This document shows positions 1-13,243 of a stretch of 64,000 nt of DNA, piece after piece. The notes beneath the pieces are model-generated. The model was given only the letters and a program-made list of their open reading frames with translations. It did no database searches and was not told where the DNA came from. A program made the position numbers and the translations under genes. Source of the DNA: Octopus vulgaris (Eukaryota); contig OX597817.1 in assembly GCA_951406725.2 (NCBI GenBank), positions 152,210,001 to 152,274,000 on the forward strand, written 5' to 3'. The number at the start of each line of letters is the position of its first letter. The stretch's first letter is position 1.

Positions 1-1528
1 TTTACAAGTAATTGATGACCTTGTCAGTGCAGGTATCACTTAAAAGCACTCAGTCCACACTGTAAAGTGGTTGGTGTTTGGCAGGGCATCCTGCTGTAAA
101 AACCTTGCCTATGCTATGTAATAGTATATGAAAATAGTATTGGGGCTCATGGAGGCAGTGACCAAGACTTTTGGCATTAGGACTGAACCCAGAACCATGT
201 GGTTCATAAGCAAGCCACTTACCACACGGCCACTTCTACGCCTAACTTAACTTTGTAGAAATAGTAGTTGAAATTTTTCTTAGTTACTTAACCACGAAGT
301 GAAAAAAGGTGAGATAGTTATCACTGGAATTCTTTTCATCTGCTCAGTCAGGACTGACCTGAAACTAAATAGTGAGATATATTCCTATTGTTGCCATCAA
401 CAAGACTAAAGAGCCCTTCCCAAGTCCTGCAAAAACCACAGCTAATACATTGTCTAATCATCTGTGTAATATCAATGGTGTTTCATGTATTCATCTGCAT
501 AGCCTTTCAGTAATATATCTGCACTCTTTCTGCCATACATTTATATTTGTTTCTTGCACAGCTGTGTATTCTTGTTTTTAGTCTTATTTTAAATCCTCTA
601 ATTCTTTTAAGCAAAAAAAATTTTTTTAACTGATCCTTTCTTTTTCTTTCCTCCTCTTTTCAGAGTAAAGAACAGAAAAAACCGACCCCATTTGAGTCGC
701 TGAAGAAAGAGCTCCCATAAAAAAAAATTTTAGCAGTTCTGCCAGTGACACAGGATGTTCTGAACCAAGAAAAGTCCCAAGTGTAAACAATACAAGTAGG
801 AAACCAATGACCCTTGATAAAATATTGTAAATAATCAAATATATAAAAAAAATTACTTTATACAATAGTTTATTTCGTTTCTTTATTGTACCATGTCACC
901 ACTGTTGGAAAGAAAAAAAACTAGTTTGTTAGATCTTGGAGATGATCTACATATGATCCAACATATTTTGGGATTTTTTCCCCAACACGGTGAGAATAGA
1001 TTGATTCTTCCACTGGAATTGAGCCTTAATTGTTCAGTTTTAAAATTGTTCAAATCCTTTAATGTTTGTACAGTAATAGTAGAAAATGTCAAAGAATATG
1101 CCTCAATCTAAAAATGTTTAAAGATTTACATTAATTATTTACACAGAGTAAAACTACTCAGTCTTTTAATCTTCGATTATATAAAGTACTTTAATTTCCA
1201 ATGGAATGGCTAATCTTAGAGATTAGGATGGAAAACAATTAGCACCAACTTCTGTCTAACAATTGTAAGATCCAAGTAAAGTGCTGTACCCACACCATGT
1301 GAATGTCTACTTGTATAGTCATTGCATGATTGAATAAATTAAAGTTGTTGGTGAAATCTAGCACTGCTAGATATGAAGATAAGGATTGTGGGAGCAGAAT
1401 ATCAATGCAAAATAATCAATTGAAATGAAAATCAATCACATTGTATATGACATTAGATGCAAAACCAGCCTGAGATTTGTAGATAAAATTCATAGATGTA
1501 TCATAATGATTATCTTCTTTAGTTAGCT

Positions 1529-1600
1529 TCATGTTGGTTGATACAATTTACTTATATCTTCATATTGCACCCCTTCGAGTACTCTGCCTGCTAATGGACC
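1529..1600 (-). CDS. KIN: KIN17 last coding exon
   Basis: tgcag acceptor; GPLAGRVLEGVQYEDISKLYQPT-stop; the ten exons sum to 1182 nt = 393 aa + stop. Confidence 0.95.
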   Translation of the reverse strand, partial: GPLAGRVLEGVQYEDISKLYQPT

Positions 1601-3196
1601 CTGCAACAGAAACAAAAATTTGTGAAAATCATTGTCACTATAGTTTTAAAGGAACAAAGGCAGGGGAATTAGTAGAAATGCTAGCCAGACACAAATTGAT
1701 TTATTACTTGATGCCAGTGCCGCCTTCACTGGCTTCCGTGCCGGTGGCACGTAAAAAGCACCCACTACACTCACGGAGTGATTGACATTAGGAAGGGCAT
1801 CCAGCTGTAGAAACACTGCCAGATCAGACTGGAGCATGGTGCAGCCATCTCGCTTGCCAATCCTCAGTCAAGTCGAACCGTCCAACCCATGTTAGCATGG
1901 AATACGGACGTTAAACGATGAGAACTACTGCTCTTGTAGCAGGGGCGAAAGAGGAAGCAATAAATCAACAGCTCTGGAGGACGAGACTCCCTTCTGTCAT
2001 GTTAACCAAGGGAAAAGCAAAGGCTGATACAATGATGTCGCAACTCATTTCTACAGCTGAGTGAACTGGAGCAATGTGAAATAAAGTGCCTTGCTCAAGA
2101 ACACAACACGCACCCAGTACGGGAATCGAACTCACAACCTCATGATCGTAAGCTGGACACTGTAACCACTGAGCCATGCGCCTTCACAACTCTATAATGT
2201 TGTTAATTCATTTGCCTATCCTTTGTCTTGAATCTAATCAAAACATTCAAGGATTTTAAAAAACCATTCAATCACAGAAAATTTAAGACATTCTCAGTGT
2301 TAGTTAAAATGCACATCACAATTAATTCAGCCAAGCGAATTCATAACATTGCTCCAACGGTACACACAAAAAAAAAAGTAATGAATATAAAATAACAATA
2401 AAATACGACTTATTTTATCTTGGTAAATTGTAACTGAAAATACTTCAATTTATTACATAGCTCATGAAGGAGTACCATCTTACTTTGAACCAATGAGGGA
2501 ATCTCTTAAACCAGGGGTCAGCAACAGAGCCTGACGTGAACAATTAACGTATTCTCAGTGATCCTCAGACCATTTATAAACAGTTTTTTCAAATTTAATG
2601 TATTTGTGAGCCATTCAGTTGTTGATGGGTTTTAGACAGCCTTTTGTGTTACTCTTATTTGTTTCAGTCATTTGACTGTAGCCATGCTGGAGCACTGCCT
2701 TTAGTTGAGCAAATAGACCCCAGGGCTTATTCTCTGTAAGCTTAGTACTTATTCTATCGGTCTCTTTTGCCGAACCGCTAAGTTACGGGGACATAACCAC
2801 ACCAGCATCAGTTGTCAAGTGATGTTGGGGAACAGACACACAAACATATACACACACACACACACATATACGACGGGCTTCTTTCAGTTTCCGTCTACCA
2901 AATCTACTCAAGGCTTTGGTTTGCCCAAGGTGCTACGCAGTGGGACTGAACCCGGAACCATATGGTTCGTAAGCAAGCTACTTACTACAAAGCCACTCCT
3001 ACGCATATAAAATTTTACATAAACACTGCTTTTAATAGAAGGGAGGAGGAAACAGATACACAGGGATTTTTTAATATGTAAGATTATGATGTGATATACA
3101 TGTGGCCCACTGACGAGAAGTGAACCATTACAAAAAAAAGTTATGGATTTCTGTTCTACAAGGCCACTCAACCTATTAAAACTAAAACTCCCTTAA

Positions 3197-3418
3197 CCCT
3201 TTAGCATTTAAACCGGCCATATCCGGTCAAAAGTATTCTGCCTGTTTTATGTTCAAACTGGCCAGATCTGGTCTCTCACACCAACCCTACAATATTATTT
3301 AAAAAATTAACAGCTACCTCATCAAAATCTCATAGCTACAAGATTAATGAATGATTAGTTCAAAACAATGTGGATAAAAAAAGATTAATTTTGGCAGAAT
3401 AATGCGAACACTAAAGGG
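3197..3418. mobile_element. piggyBac-type MITE
   Basis: TTAA|ccctttag...ctaaaggg|TTAA; second copy 36353-36573 nested in a hAT MITE. Confidence 0.85.
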
Positions 3419-3525
3419 TTAAATCACATTCTACCTTCTTAAAAAGATACATTAGACAAGGATAGTTATAGTAAGAATGTCTTTATCAGTCTTCTTGACC
3501 TGCAGCTAAACAACAAAGGTCTCAC

Positions 3526-3626
3526 CTGTTTGATGGCAACAGTTGCACAGAATTTCTTTTCGTTGATTGATTGTAAAACAGCATTTGTTCCACGATATGC
3601 ACCATTTACTATTTTTACAGTTTTAC
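3526..3626 (-). CDS. KIN: KIN17 coding exon 9 (KOW motif)
   Basis: GKTVKIVNGAYRGTNAVLQSINEKKFCATVAIKQ; ttcag/GTGAGA; 101 nt. Confidence 0.95.
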
Positions 3627-3682
3627 CTGAAATAATTGCAGAAAAAAAGAAATAAATACACAAAACTTCTTTGACAGTTAAA

Positions 3683-3835
3683 AATAATAATAATAATGAA
3701 ATTATTGTATACAGTGCTCAGGTGCACCACAACCCGTCAGAAAGTGCATATAAAGTACATGCAGTAATGTCTGGAAAGTGAACATGCTTGTGTGTGTATG
3801 GAGGGGAGAAAATCAAGTGTAGTGTTGTGTGGAGA
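3683..3835 (-). mobile_element. Short 3' end of the same CR1-like family
   Basis: Reverse complement of ...gtggtgcacctgagcactgtatacaataatttcattatt. Confidence 0.8.
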
Positions 3836-5051
3836 AGTATTATGAATGAAATATACATGATGGCAGAAAGAGTTTTGAATCTGCAGAAGAAGAGCAGTTA
3901 AACATAAACCTGCATGACTTGTAAGTAGTAAGGTCAGATGTGAAAGTACAAGGCCTCACAGATAGAAATACATACAGATGGGAAAATACTCTTCCAGTAA
4001 ACTAATCCAAATAATTCTAGCAGACAAAATTAAAATAACCACCATAAGGTTTTGTGCTACATTGCAAATCCATTTGCCAATGACTGTTCTGAAGTCAATC
4101 CATTCAAGAAAATTAGTTGTTTTTATTTGTTTCAATCATTTGACTGTGGCCATGCTGGAGCACTGCCTTAAAGGGTTTTAGTCAAAGTAATCGACCCCAG
4201 GACTTATTCTTTGTAAGCCTAGTACTTATTCTACTGGGCTCTTTTGCCAAACTGCCAAGTCACAGGGACATAAAGACACGAGCATTGGTTGTCAAGCAAT
4301 GGCAGAGAGGCAGACACACATAAATACATATATATATTTATATATATGATGGGCTTCTTTCAGTTTCCATCTACGAAATCCACTCACAAGGCTTTGGTCG
4401 GCCCAAGGTTCCACAAAGTGGAACTGAACCTGAACTATGTGGTTGGGAAGCAGCTGATAGGATAAAAGCATCCCAACACTCACACAAGAGAGGTAGGCTC
4501 TTTATTCCATAGCTTCAACAAAACATGTAGGAGATCAATTATTCTGATATAAAACTGACAGAGAATGGAAAGATTTTGTTTTTCTGTCTAGTGAGATAGT
4601 TACAGTTTATGTCTTTGCACAGAAAGTTCTGGAGAATAAGAACTGGGGAGAGTGATTAAAGCAGTCCTGGTTTAGAGGATGTACACAAGTGCACACACAC
4701 ATGCAATATGAGTAACAAGAGAGGTGCTTGAGTGGTTTTGAACATGAAAACAGCCTACCCTGAGAAGCAGAAGCTACAGTAGCAGAGGAAGAAAAGGCTG
4801 AGTGGAGACATATATCTGTAGGCCAGAGGTAGGATTGTGTTGGTGAGTGACTTCATGTCAATCATTCATCTTTAGGTGCAGTTTAACATGTCCATATCAG
4901 CAGCATTATCCAATACACTATTATGAGATGACAGCCTACTCTAGTTTCAGTAACACAGTAAATGCAACCAACCATCAGCTAACCAAAGTATGCTGTTATT
5001 AACATCACTCTCTCAGCTATGTCTGACATGCAAAATACCAAAACAAGATAT

Positions 5052-5263
5052 AGAAATCCCTTGCCATATCGCGGTTTATAATTTAAGGTTACATCAATTC
5101 CTCCGTGGTGTTGTTTTGCATTTATAATAAAATATATATATATACACTAATTATAAAAATAATTTTTTTAAATATACAGTACAGTACTGTATCTACTTTG
5201 CAGATTTTCACCTATCACCGGGGGTGGGAGAACATAACACCCATCATAGCCGAGGGATTACTG
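5052..5263. mobile_element. Tigger-like MITE
   Basis: Degenerate TIR tagaaatcccttgcca / gccgagggattactg|TA. Confidence 0.55.
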
Positions 5264-5419
5264 TAATGCATGATCAAAAAGACAATTGGTTAGACTAAAG
5301 ACCCACTCACCAAAATGGCTGGAGAATGTAGTCCAAAGTACACTATTCCTGAACTAAAAGCCTGCCCTGGGTTAAAACAACAGATATTGAAATGAGCCAG
5401 AAAGAGAGAGCCTCTATAT

Positions 5420-5764
5420 CATGGGTTCTCAATGTTTTACCTATGGACCCTTTCGAATACTATTTTATTCCAGTGGACCCCCATAGCCATTTGATGCTTA
5501 AAAGCTAGTTTTATAGAAACTTCTTTTAAAATTCCTATTTTGTTTTCACACACTAACTTGTGTAGATTGAACCGTGTAAAGTGTTGGAGAAAGAAACCCA
5601 GCTGTTTCTTGCAAGACATACCAATACATACATCTAGAGCAAACTTTTTTCAGGAGCCCTTAAAATACTATAGTGGATCCTTAATTTACTATTTTGTTGC
5701 ATAGAACCCCATAAATCTTATATGGACCCCTGGGGGTGATAGGGACCCCGGTTGAGAACCACTG
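5420..5764. mobile_element. hAT-type MITE
   Basis: catgggttctcaa...ttgagaaccactg; perfect 8-bp TSD ctctatat. Relatives at 17703-18342, 29019-29227, 36061-36660, 40082-40551. Confidence 0.85.
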
Positions 5765-6062
5765 CTCTATATGGTCAGTCAACCTGCTAGAAATGGCAGC
5801 CAAATCTCTCACATCATATTCTAACAACTTAAAAAAAAGGAAGGACACATTCAGGAATGTAATCCATGGTAAGTAGTAATGGTCATGGCTGGAAAACCTT
5901 TTGTTGTAGGTCAATTCAATCAAAGCTGGCCCAGTGAAGCCCAAAAGCAACAAAAGATATTGAAGCGATGATGAAGAGGTGTAGTAAAAGATTATATTTT
6001 GTCACAGATTAGTCTCAGAAGAAGAAATGTTTAGGAAATTTGATTAAAGAGGAAACACATAC

Positions 6063-6162
6063 CAAGAGCAGGAATCACAGTTTCAAGATGGCTCTGATCA
6101 AGCCTCACTTTGTCTCCAGTATCCAACATCTTCACAACAGCCATAAATAAATTTTCAACTTG
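6063..6162 (-). CDS. KIN: KIN17 coding exon 8
   Basis: QVENLFMAVVKMLDTGDKVRLDQSHLETVIPAL; tacag/GTATGT; 100 nt. Confidence 0.95.
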
Positions 6163-6636
6163 CTGTAAATAAATACACATACAATGAATTATTTGGTAAG
6201 AATCTCATTCAATTAAATATGAGGTTAATTCTATTTTTTTTTTGCAGCCATGCTGGAGCACTGCCTCAAAGAGTTTTTAGTCAAATGAACCCACCCCAGT
6301 ACTATTTTGTTCTAAGTCTCTTTTGTTGGACCACTAAATTACAAGGGATATAAACAAACCAACACCAGTTAGAAAGTAGTACAAGGGGACAACACAGACA
6401 CACACACGTGTGTGTGTGTGTTGCATTTTTCATGCTGGCATGGGTTGGGCAGTTTGACTGATGTCTGGAAAGCCAGTGGCTGCACCAGACTCCAATCTGA
6501 TCTGGCAATGTTTCTACAGATGGATGCCCTTCCTAATGCCAACCACTCCGAGAATGTAGTGGGTGCTTTTTACGTGCCACCGGCACAGGAGCCAGTATGG
6601 GTGTTAAACAATGATGATATATGTGTGTGTATATAC

Positions 6637-6691
<55 letters not shown>

Positions 6692-6694
<3 letters not shown>

Positions 6695-6852
6695 GTCATC
6701 CTATAAGTTCTGTCCGAATTTTGAATAAAGCAAACAAGTGATCAAATGTTATATTTAATCGAAATTTAATCATCAATGTACTTTCCCTGATTATCTATGA
6801 CTTCCTTCCATCTATTTACAAGCTTTTTAATCCCATCAATGTAAAACTCTGA
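6692..6852 (-). mobile_element. Short mariner 3' end
   Basis: TA|tcaggtcatcctataagttctgtcc TIR-like end; reverse strand reads FYIDGIKKLVNRWKEVIDNQGKY. Confidence 0.7.
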
Positions 6853-7477
6853 AAAATTAGAATGTATAAGCACAGGGCATAAACTGGATTGCCTCGTGTA
6901 GAAATATAAATATTTAATCTAAGGTGTACCTGCTGAAGAAGACTTCGCCTAGCAAATTATTTTATTTGCTAAAAAAAAGTCTGAAACCATTGGTCCAGGA
7001 GTTAGATGGTAAATGTTTTCATTTTCCATTCCTTTCGAAATTTTATCCCTAATAGTGGTTTGGAATTTAACTGTCTTCTCTAGCGTGCAAGGAATCCTAT
7101 GATGGATACCTCTTGTGTGTTTAAATGTACACTGTATTTATATGAATGACTAAATTTTTACACACTAGGCCACTGGTAATGGAAATTTCAAATATTTCTG
7201 ATTACCCTTTGACATTAATTATATATATATATACACACACACATATATATATATACATACATACAAAGTACAGGGGTTTAGTTCACAGGTGATCTGAATG
7301 ATTAAGTACACTAGTTAAGTGCTGTAACGAATTACTAGGACTCCATATGTGTGAGTGTGTGTGTGTGTGTGTAGTCAATTCAAATAAACGGATAAAAAAT
7401 GAAAAAAAGAAATAAAAAAACAAACATGGGGACATGCATAAGAAGTAGATTAGTTTGACGCTCAGTGAAAGGAGAGA

Positions 7478-7512
7478 GTTTAATGTTTCGAGCATAGCTC
7501 TTTGTCGGAAAG
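7478..7512 (-). ncRNA. Degenerate hammerhead-like motif, same family as 55913-55948
   Basis: ttt-CCGACAA-A-gagc(tat)gctc-GAAA-CA-TT-aaa; downstream ctgagcgtcaaactaat is homologous to ctgagtgttatactaat at about 55962. Confidence 0.4.
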
Positions 7513-7713
7513 AGAGAGGAGAAGAAGTACTCGCCAACAGGCCATGTGTGTATCTGACTTGAAAACAAGAGTTGGTATCAGGAAGAGCATCTGGCTTTAG
7601 AATACTACCTCAAGAAATCTCATCTAACCATTGTTAACAAGGGAAAATGTAGACATAAAAACCAATGAATGTAAAGAGATATCAAATAAAATAATAAAAA
7701 AAAGAATAGCTAC

Positions 7714-7836
7714 CTTAACCACAGCTTTCCTTTTGTAGTATTTATCCCCAAGTTTTTTGGTTATAACCTTTACAACAATCCCCTCGTCGAGCCAGTTGTC
7801 TTTACGATTCATCTTTTCTCGTTTCATTTCTTCAAA
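7714..7836 (-). CDS. KIN: KIN17 coding exon 7 (start of SH3-like/KOW region)
   Basis: FEEMKREKMNRKDNWLDEGIVVKVITKKLGDKYYKRKAVVK; ttcag/GTAGCT; 123 nt. Confidence 0.95.
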
Positions 7837-7937
7837 CTGAAATATACAATTGACATTTATTGTTCACTAATCATAAAGTAAGATAGTCAAGAATGTTAAA
7901 TAGCAATTCTTTTATTTCCACCTAAATATATTGCTTC

Positions 7938-8485
7938 TCATCATCATCATCGTTTAACATCTGCTTTCCATGCTAGCATGGGTTGGACAATTTGACTGAG
8001 GACTGGCAAACCAGATGACTGCACCAGGCTCCAATCTGATCTGGCAGAGTTTATACAGCCCTTCCTAACGCCAACCACTGAGAGTGTAGTGGGTGCTTTT
8101 ACATGCCACCAGCACGTGGGCCAGTCAGGCAGTACTGGCAGCAGTCGTACTCAAATGGTGTTTTTTACGTGCCACCTGCACAGGAGCCAGTCCAGCGGCA
8201 CTGGCAACGACCTCGCTTGAATGCTTTTTCACGTGTGCCACCAGCACAAGTGCCAGTAAGACGGTACTGGCAATGGCCACACTCAAATGGTGTTTTTTAC
8301 ATGCCACCTGCACAGGAGCCAGTCCAGTGGCACTGGCAACGACCTTGTTCGAATACTTTTTCACGTGCCACCAGCACAAGTGCCAGTAAGGCAACACTAG
8401 TAACGATCACACTAGAATGGTTCTTTTTACGTACCACCAGCACGGAAGCCAGTCAGCTGCTCTGGCAACAATCATGCTCAGATGT
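7938..8485 (-). mobile_element. RTE 3'-UTR copy (representative of more than 20 copies)
   Basis: Matches 35400-35729. Others at about 1710, 6420, 8756, 9579, 11878, 19010, 20575, 20960, 22380, 27667, 41023, 43365, 47731, 50402, 51960, 54175, 55086, 56345, 60645, 62330. Confidence 0.85.
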
Positions 8486-10220
8486 AAACATCTTGAAAAA
8501 TTAAATACAGTTAAAATATATATATGAAAGTAAATAAATGAAGCTTTAGGTTTTCAATCTAAAGTAAGAAACCATTCATATAAAAAAAAATTTTTTTAAT
8601 TATTAAGAACAGAATCGATGATTCAACAAGATAATAAATCTGTAGTATTAAAATTTACATAAGTTGTGTTCATTTGTGTATTTAAAATCAAAATAGCTTA
8701 ACCAAAATATATCTAAACTGTCAAGATTTACATATATGTTTACATTGATATGTATTGGTGGCACGTAAAAAGCACCCACTACACTCACGGAGTGGTTGGT
8801 GTTAGGAAGGGCATCCAGCCGTAGAAACACTGCCAGATCTGACTAGGCCTGATGAAGCCTTCTGGCTTCACAGACCCCAGTTGAACTGTCCAACCCATGC
8901 TAGCATGGAAAACGGACGCTAAACGATGATGATGATGATATATGCACACAAATATATATCCTTTCATTAGAGAATGATAAGGATTAAAGAAGAAATATAT
9001 GCAGCTATTTTAACCCTTTCGTTACCAACCCAGCTGAAACCGGATCTGGCTCTGAGTACAAATGTCTTGCTTTCAAAAGTTTTGAACTAAAATCTTCCAC
9101 CAAACCTTAGTCACAATTTATGTTCCTAACATTAGCTGAATGATAACTAAATTATTTTACTAAATTCTTGTTATATTTAAAGTAATTGAAAGAAACACCA
9201 AGTACCTCAAAATAAATACAGTAACTAGCAGGTTTATAATGAGTGTAATTATTGGGAAAAAAGTAAACAACACTAATTTGCTGAGCCTTACAAATCCTTT
9301 GAATAGAGGAAACAAAGGAATTATTTTTCTAATAAGAATTGTGCAACTTCCAAGTTACAGAGACTAAATCGAACATAAATTCAACTCTAAGATGGGAAAT
9401 TGATCCCAGGAATCAATATTGCATAAATATAGGTGGAAACACCAAACTGTAATCTACTTAACTCTGTTCAATGAACCTTGGCAGGTGAAAGTGTCATGAC
9501 AATAGGCAAAACCACATTCACAATGTATATATTATAGCATCAGTCAACTCCATCCTAATTCATGAAATAGTAGTAATATCATCATCGTTTAACGTCCACT
9601 TTCCATGCTAGCATGGATTGAACAATTTGACTGAGGATTAGCGAACCAGATGGTTGCACCAGGCTCCAATCTTGATCTGGCAGAGTTTCTAACGCCAACC
9701 ACTCCAAGAGTGTAGTGGGTGCTTTTACGTGCTGCTGGCATGCATGCCAGTCAGGCGGTACTGGCAATGGCCACACTCAAATGGTGCTTTTTACATGCCA
9801 CCTGCACAGGAGCCAGTCCAGCGGCACTGGCAATGACCTCACTCGAATGTTTTTTCACTTGCCACCAACACAAGTGCCAGTATTTTTATGAATTTTTTTT
9901 ATACTGAATCAACTGCTTTTTATCAAATTCTCTAGTTTCTAAATAGATTGGGAAATTTATACAAAAAGAAAAAAAAGCTATGCAAAACTTAAAGACAAAA
10001 CCCATTCACATTCTTATAATTTCTATTTCACAAAAATTCCAATATCTCCTTAGCTAATTGTTTTGAGATTTGAAACATTTCTAGGGGAGTTCTGTCTTCT
10101 AATTGCATGGATAATCTCACGTTTTCCAACTCAGTATATATGTAAGGCTCCACATTATGTATATTCAATATGCAGAATGCTGTCCAGGGGTGCTTCCCCT
10201 CAACCATATTTGTTTCTTAC

Positions 10221-10341
10221 CTTCATAATGTCATCAAGAGCAGAAGACTTTCTTTTAGTGCCACTTGCAGATGCTAATTCCTTTGAAGATTTAGTATCCG
10301 GTTGAGGTAATTTTTTCAAGATATTATTCTTCAGTTCTGTT
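10221..10341 (-). CDS. KIN: KIN17 coding exon 6
   Basis: TELKNNILKKLPQPDTKSSKELASASGTKRKSSALDDIMK (conserved SALD-I-M motif); ccag/GTAAGA; 121 nt. Confidence 0.92.
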
Positions 10342-11178
10342 CTGGAAATAAAAAAAAATTTTTTTTTTTCAAATTATAGAAATAAACAAATATGGTTAAG
10401 TGGTTTGCTTCCTAACCCCATGGTTACAGGGAAAAAGATAGGGGAAGAAATATGAAGTTATAGATACTCTTTTACTTGTTTCAGTCATTTGACTGTGGCC
10501 ATGCTGGAGCTCTGCCTTTTAGTCAAGCAAATTGACCCCGGGACTTATTCTTTGTAAGCCTAATACTTATTCTATCGGTCTCTTTTGCCAAACTGCTTAC
10601 GGGGACGTAAACACACCAGCATCAGTTGTCAAGCGATGTGGGGGGTCAAACACAGACACACAAACATATACATACATACATACACACACACATATATATA
10701 TATATATATACGATAGGCTTCTTTCAGTTTCTGTCTACCAAATCCACTCACAAGGCTTTGGTCGGCCCAAGGCTATAGTAGAAGACACTTACCCAAGGTG
10801 CCACGCAGTGGGACTGAACCCGGAACCATGTGGTTCGTAAGCAAGCTACTTACCACACAGCTGCTCCTATGCCTAGGGGAAGATGCCTTCACAAAACAAC
10901 AGGTAAGGGAAGGGTGAGTGCACATACATGTGTGCATGCAAGCAGGGACAGACGGACAGATAGTCACACACATATACATGAATACACACAACAGGCTTCC
11001 ATATATTTCCTTGCAACCAATTCGAATCATAAGACAGTGGTTGGTTCAAGGCTACAGAAGAAGATGCTTACCCAGATTGAACCCAAGACCGCAATGTAAC
11101 CAAGTGAACCTTGTATCCACACAGCCATGGCTGCACTTTTATATTGATCATGTTGAAAATATATTCATTTGAAATATA

Positions 11179-11591
11179 GGATCTTTTCGGTTTGAACGGC
11201 AGTTTTTAACATAATTTCTAGGTAACTAAAAAATTTTAAACTTCGTATACTAGTAGAATGTATTTATAAAACATATTTTTCTCTTGGCTTTATTGAGAAA
11301 ATTCTATAGTTTGTAAGATATTTGTTGTTTTTTTTTTCTTCAATTTCTGCAATTTCAACCAATCAGTGATGTCTATTGAGTTAAAAAGCATTCTGAGCCG
11401 TATGAATATGTCCCTTGTTTAAGAAACAGATTGGGTTTATTTACATTTGTGAAGAAAAAATAGATAACCTTCCCCCACCCCTAACCCTAAAAGAGATTGA
11501 AATGCAATAGATTGATTCTAGGGTCATAATTATGGGTGACAATTTCATATGACACTGCTAGAAAAAACTGCCGTTCAAACCGAAAAGATCT
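11179..11591. mobile_element. Merlin-like MITE
   Basis: TIR ggatcttttcggtttgaacggcagttttt; perfect 8-bp TSD gaaatata; internal ccctaaccctaa. Confidence 0.85.
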
Positions 11592-13191
11592 GAAATATAG
11601 TCATGAAACATATCAACCAAAAGCAACATGAAACAAATAATAATGGTTTCAAACTTTGGCACAGGGCAATAGATTCTGAGGGGAGGCAGAGCAATTATAT
11701 GACCCTACTTATTTTATCAACACCAAAAGGATGAAAAGCAATGACATCCTTGGTGGGATTTGAACTCAGAATGTAAAGACAGATTAAATAATGCTAAGCA
11801 TTTCGCTTGGTGTGCTGAGGGTTCTGTCAGCTCACCACTTTGATAACAACAACAACAACAATAATAATGCACATAGCCTCATCATCATCATCATCATCAT
11901 TCAACGTCCATTTTCCATGCTGGCATGGGTTGGACGGTTTGACTGGGGACTGGCAAACCAGGGGGCCTCACCAGGCTCCAATCTGATCTGGCAATGTTTC
12001 TACAGCTGGAGGCCCTTCCTAACACCAACCACTCCAAGGGTGTAGTGGATGCTTTTTACATGCCACCGGCACAGGAGCCAGTCTGGCAGCACTGACATCG
12101 CCCACGCTCAAATGATGCTTTTCATGTGCTACTAGCATAGGAGCCAGTCGGGGGAGGAATTGCATTGACCACGTTCAGATGGTGCTTTTTACGTGTCACC
12201 GGCATGGAGAGCCAGTCAGGTGGCACTGGAATCAGCCATAACTACAATTTCCATTTGATTGTGATTTGATTTTTGATTATGATTTTACTTGACTTAATAG
12301 GTCTCCTCAAGCACGTGTTGCCCAATGATTCAAAGGTACTTTTTAAATGGGCTGGTTATGTGACACTGGTATAGGCTACGACTGTGATCTCACTTTACAC
12401 ATTTAGAAAATGGGTATAGCTGATTGGATTGACACTAGTACACAGCTGGTATTTATCATATCAATCCCAGAACAAATAAAAGGCAAAGTTGCAAAGTTGA
12501 CTGTGTGTGCGTGTATGCACGTGCGTACGCTCAGAATACAAAAGGATGTAATTAAATGCTTCAAAGCATCTTATTCAACACTCTTCGAATCTCGTCATCC
12601 ACCACACCTAATAATAAAGATGGTGGTGATTGGTCTAATTAATTTCTTAGAAAGCATTAATTGAAAAATAAAGCTTTAAACTTCTATATACCTTCAGGTC
12701 ATACCTTCTATATCATGATCATCAATGTTTTAACATCCACTTTTCCTTGCTGGCATGGGTTGGACATGATTTATTGAGGTAGATTTTCAATGGCCAGATG
12801 CCGTTTCTATTGCCAACCCACACCTGTTTCCAAGCAAAATGATATTTCCCGATAACCAGACACATTTTCATAGGATATTGGAAATGAATGATGCTCATTT
12901 ACAACAATTGCATGATGTCAAGACATAGAAACACAAACACTCACACACATACATATATATATATATATATACAATGGGCTTCTTTCAGTTTCCATCTACC
13001 AAATCCATTCACAAGGTTTTGGTTGCCCATGGTTCTACAGTGAGACTGAACCCAAAACCATGTGATTTGGAATCAGCTTCTTAACCTCACAATCACTGTG
13101 TCACACTGTTACACAAAATAGAGAGACAAAAAAAAACTAAGATGCAAACAAAAATGAAATAAAACTGAATAGCAAACAATAAGTTTCTTAC

Positions 13192-13243
13192 TTTTTCAGC
13201 TCTTCTTCCTTTTTCTTAACAAAGGTTCCCAGGTTGAATGTTA
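13192..13243 (-). CDS. KIN: KIN17 coding exon 5
   Basis: VTFNLGTFVKKKEEELK; aag acceptor, GTAAGA donor; phases 1 and 2 bridge exons 4 and 6. Confidence 0.88.

Noticed and set aside
626-865. 79-aa hydrophobic ORF on the minus strand
   Set aside because: Starts at a non-ATG codon, has no recognisable family, lies in AT-rich DNA downstream of the KIN stop; hydrophobicity follows from T-richness
3102-3168. gtggcc-ca-CTGACGA...ggccac hammerhead-like arrangement
   Set aside because: Stem I-like pairing and first box are present but the GAAA box is missing
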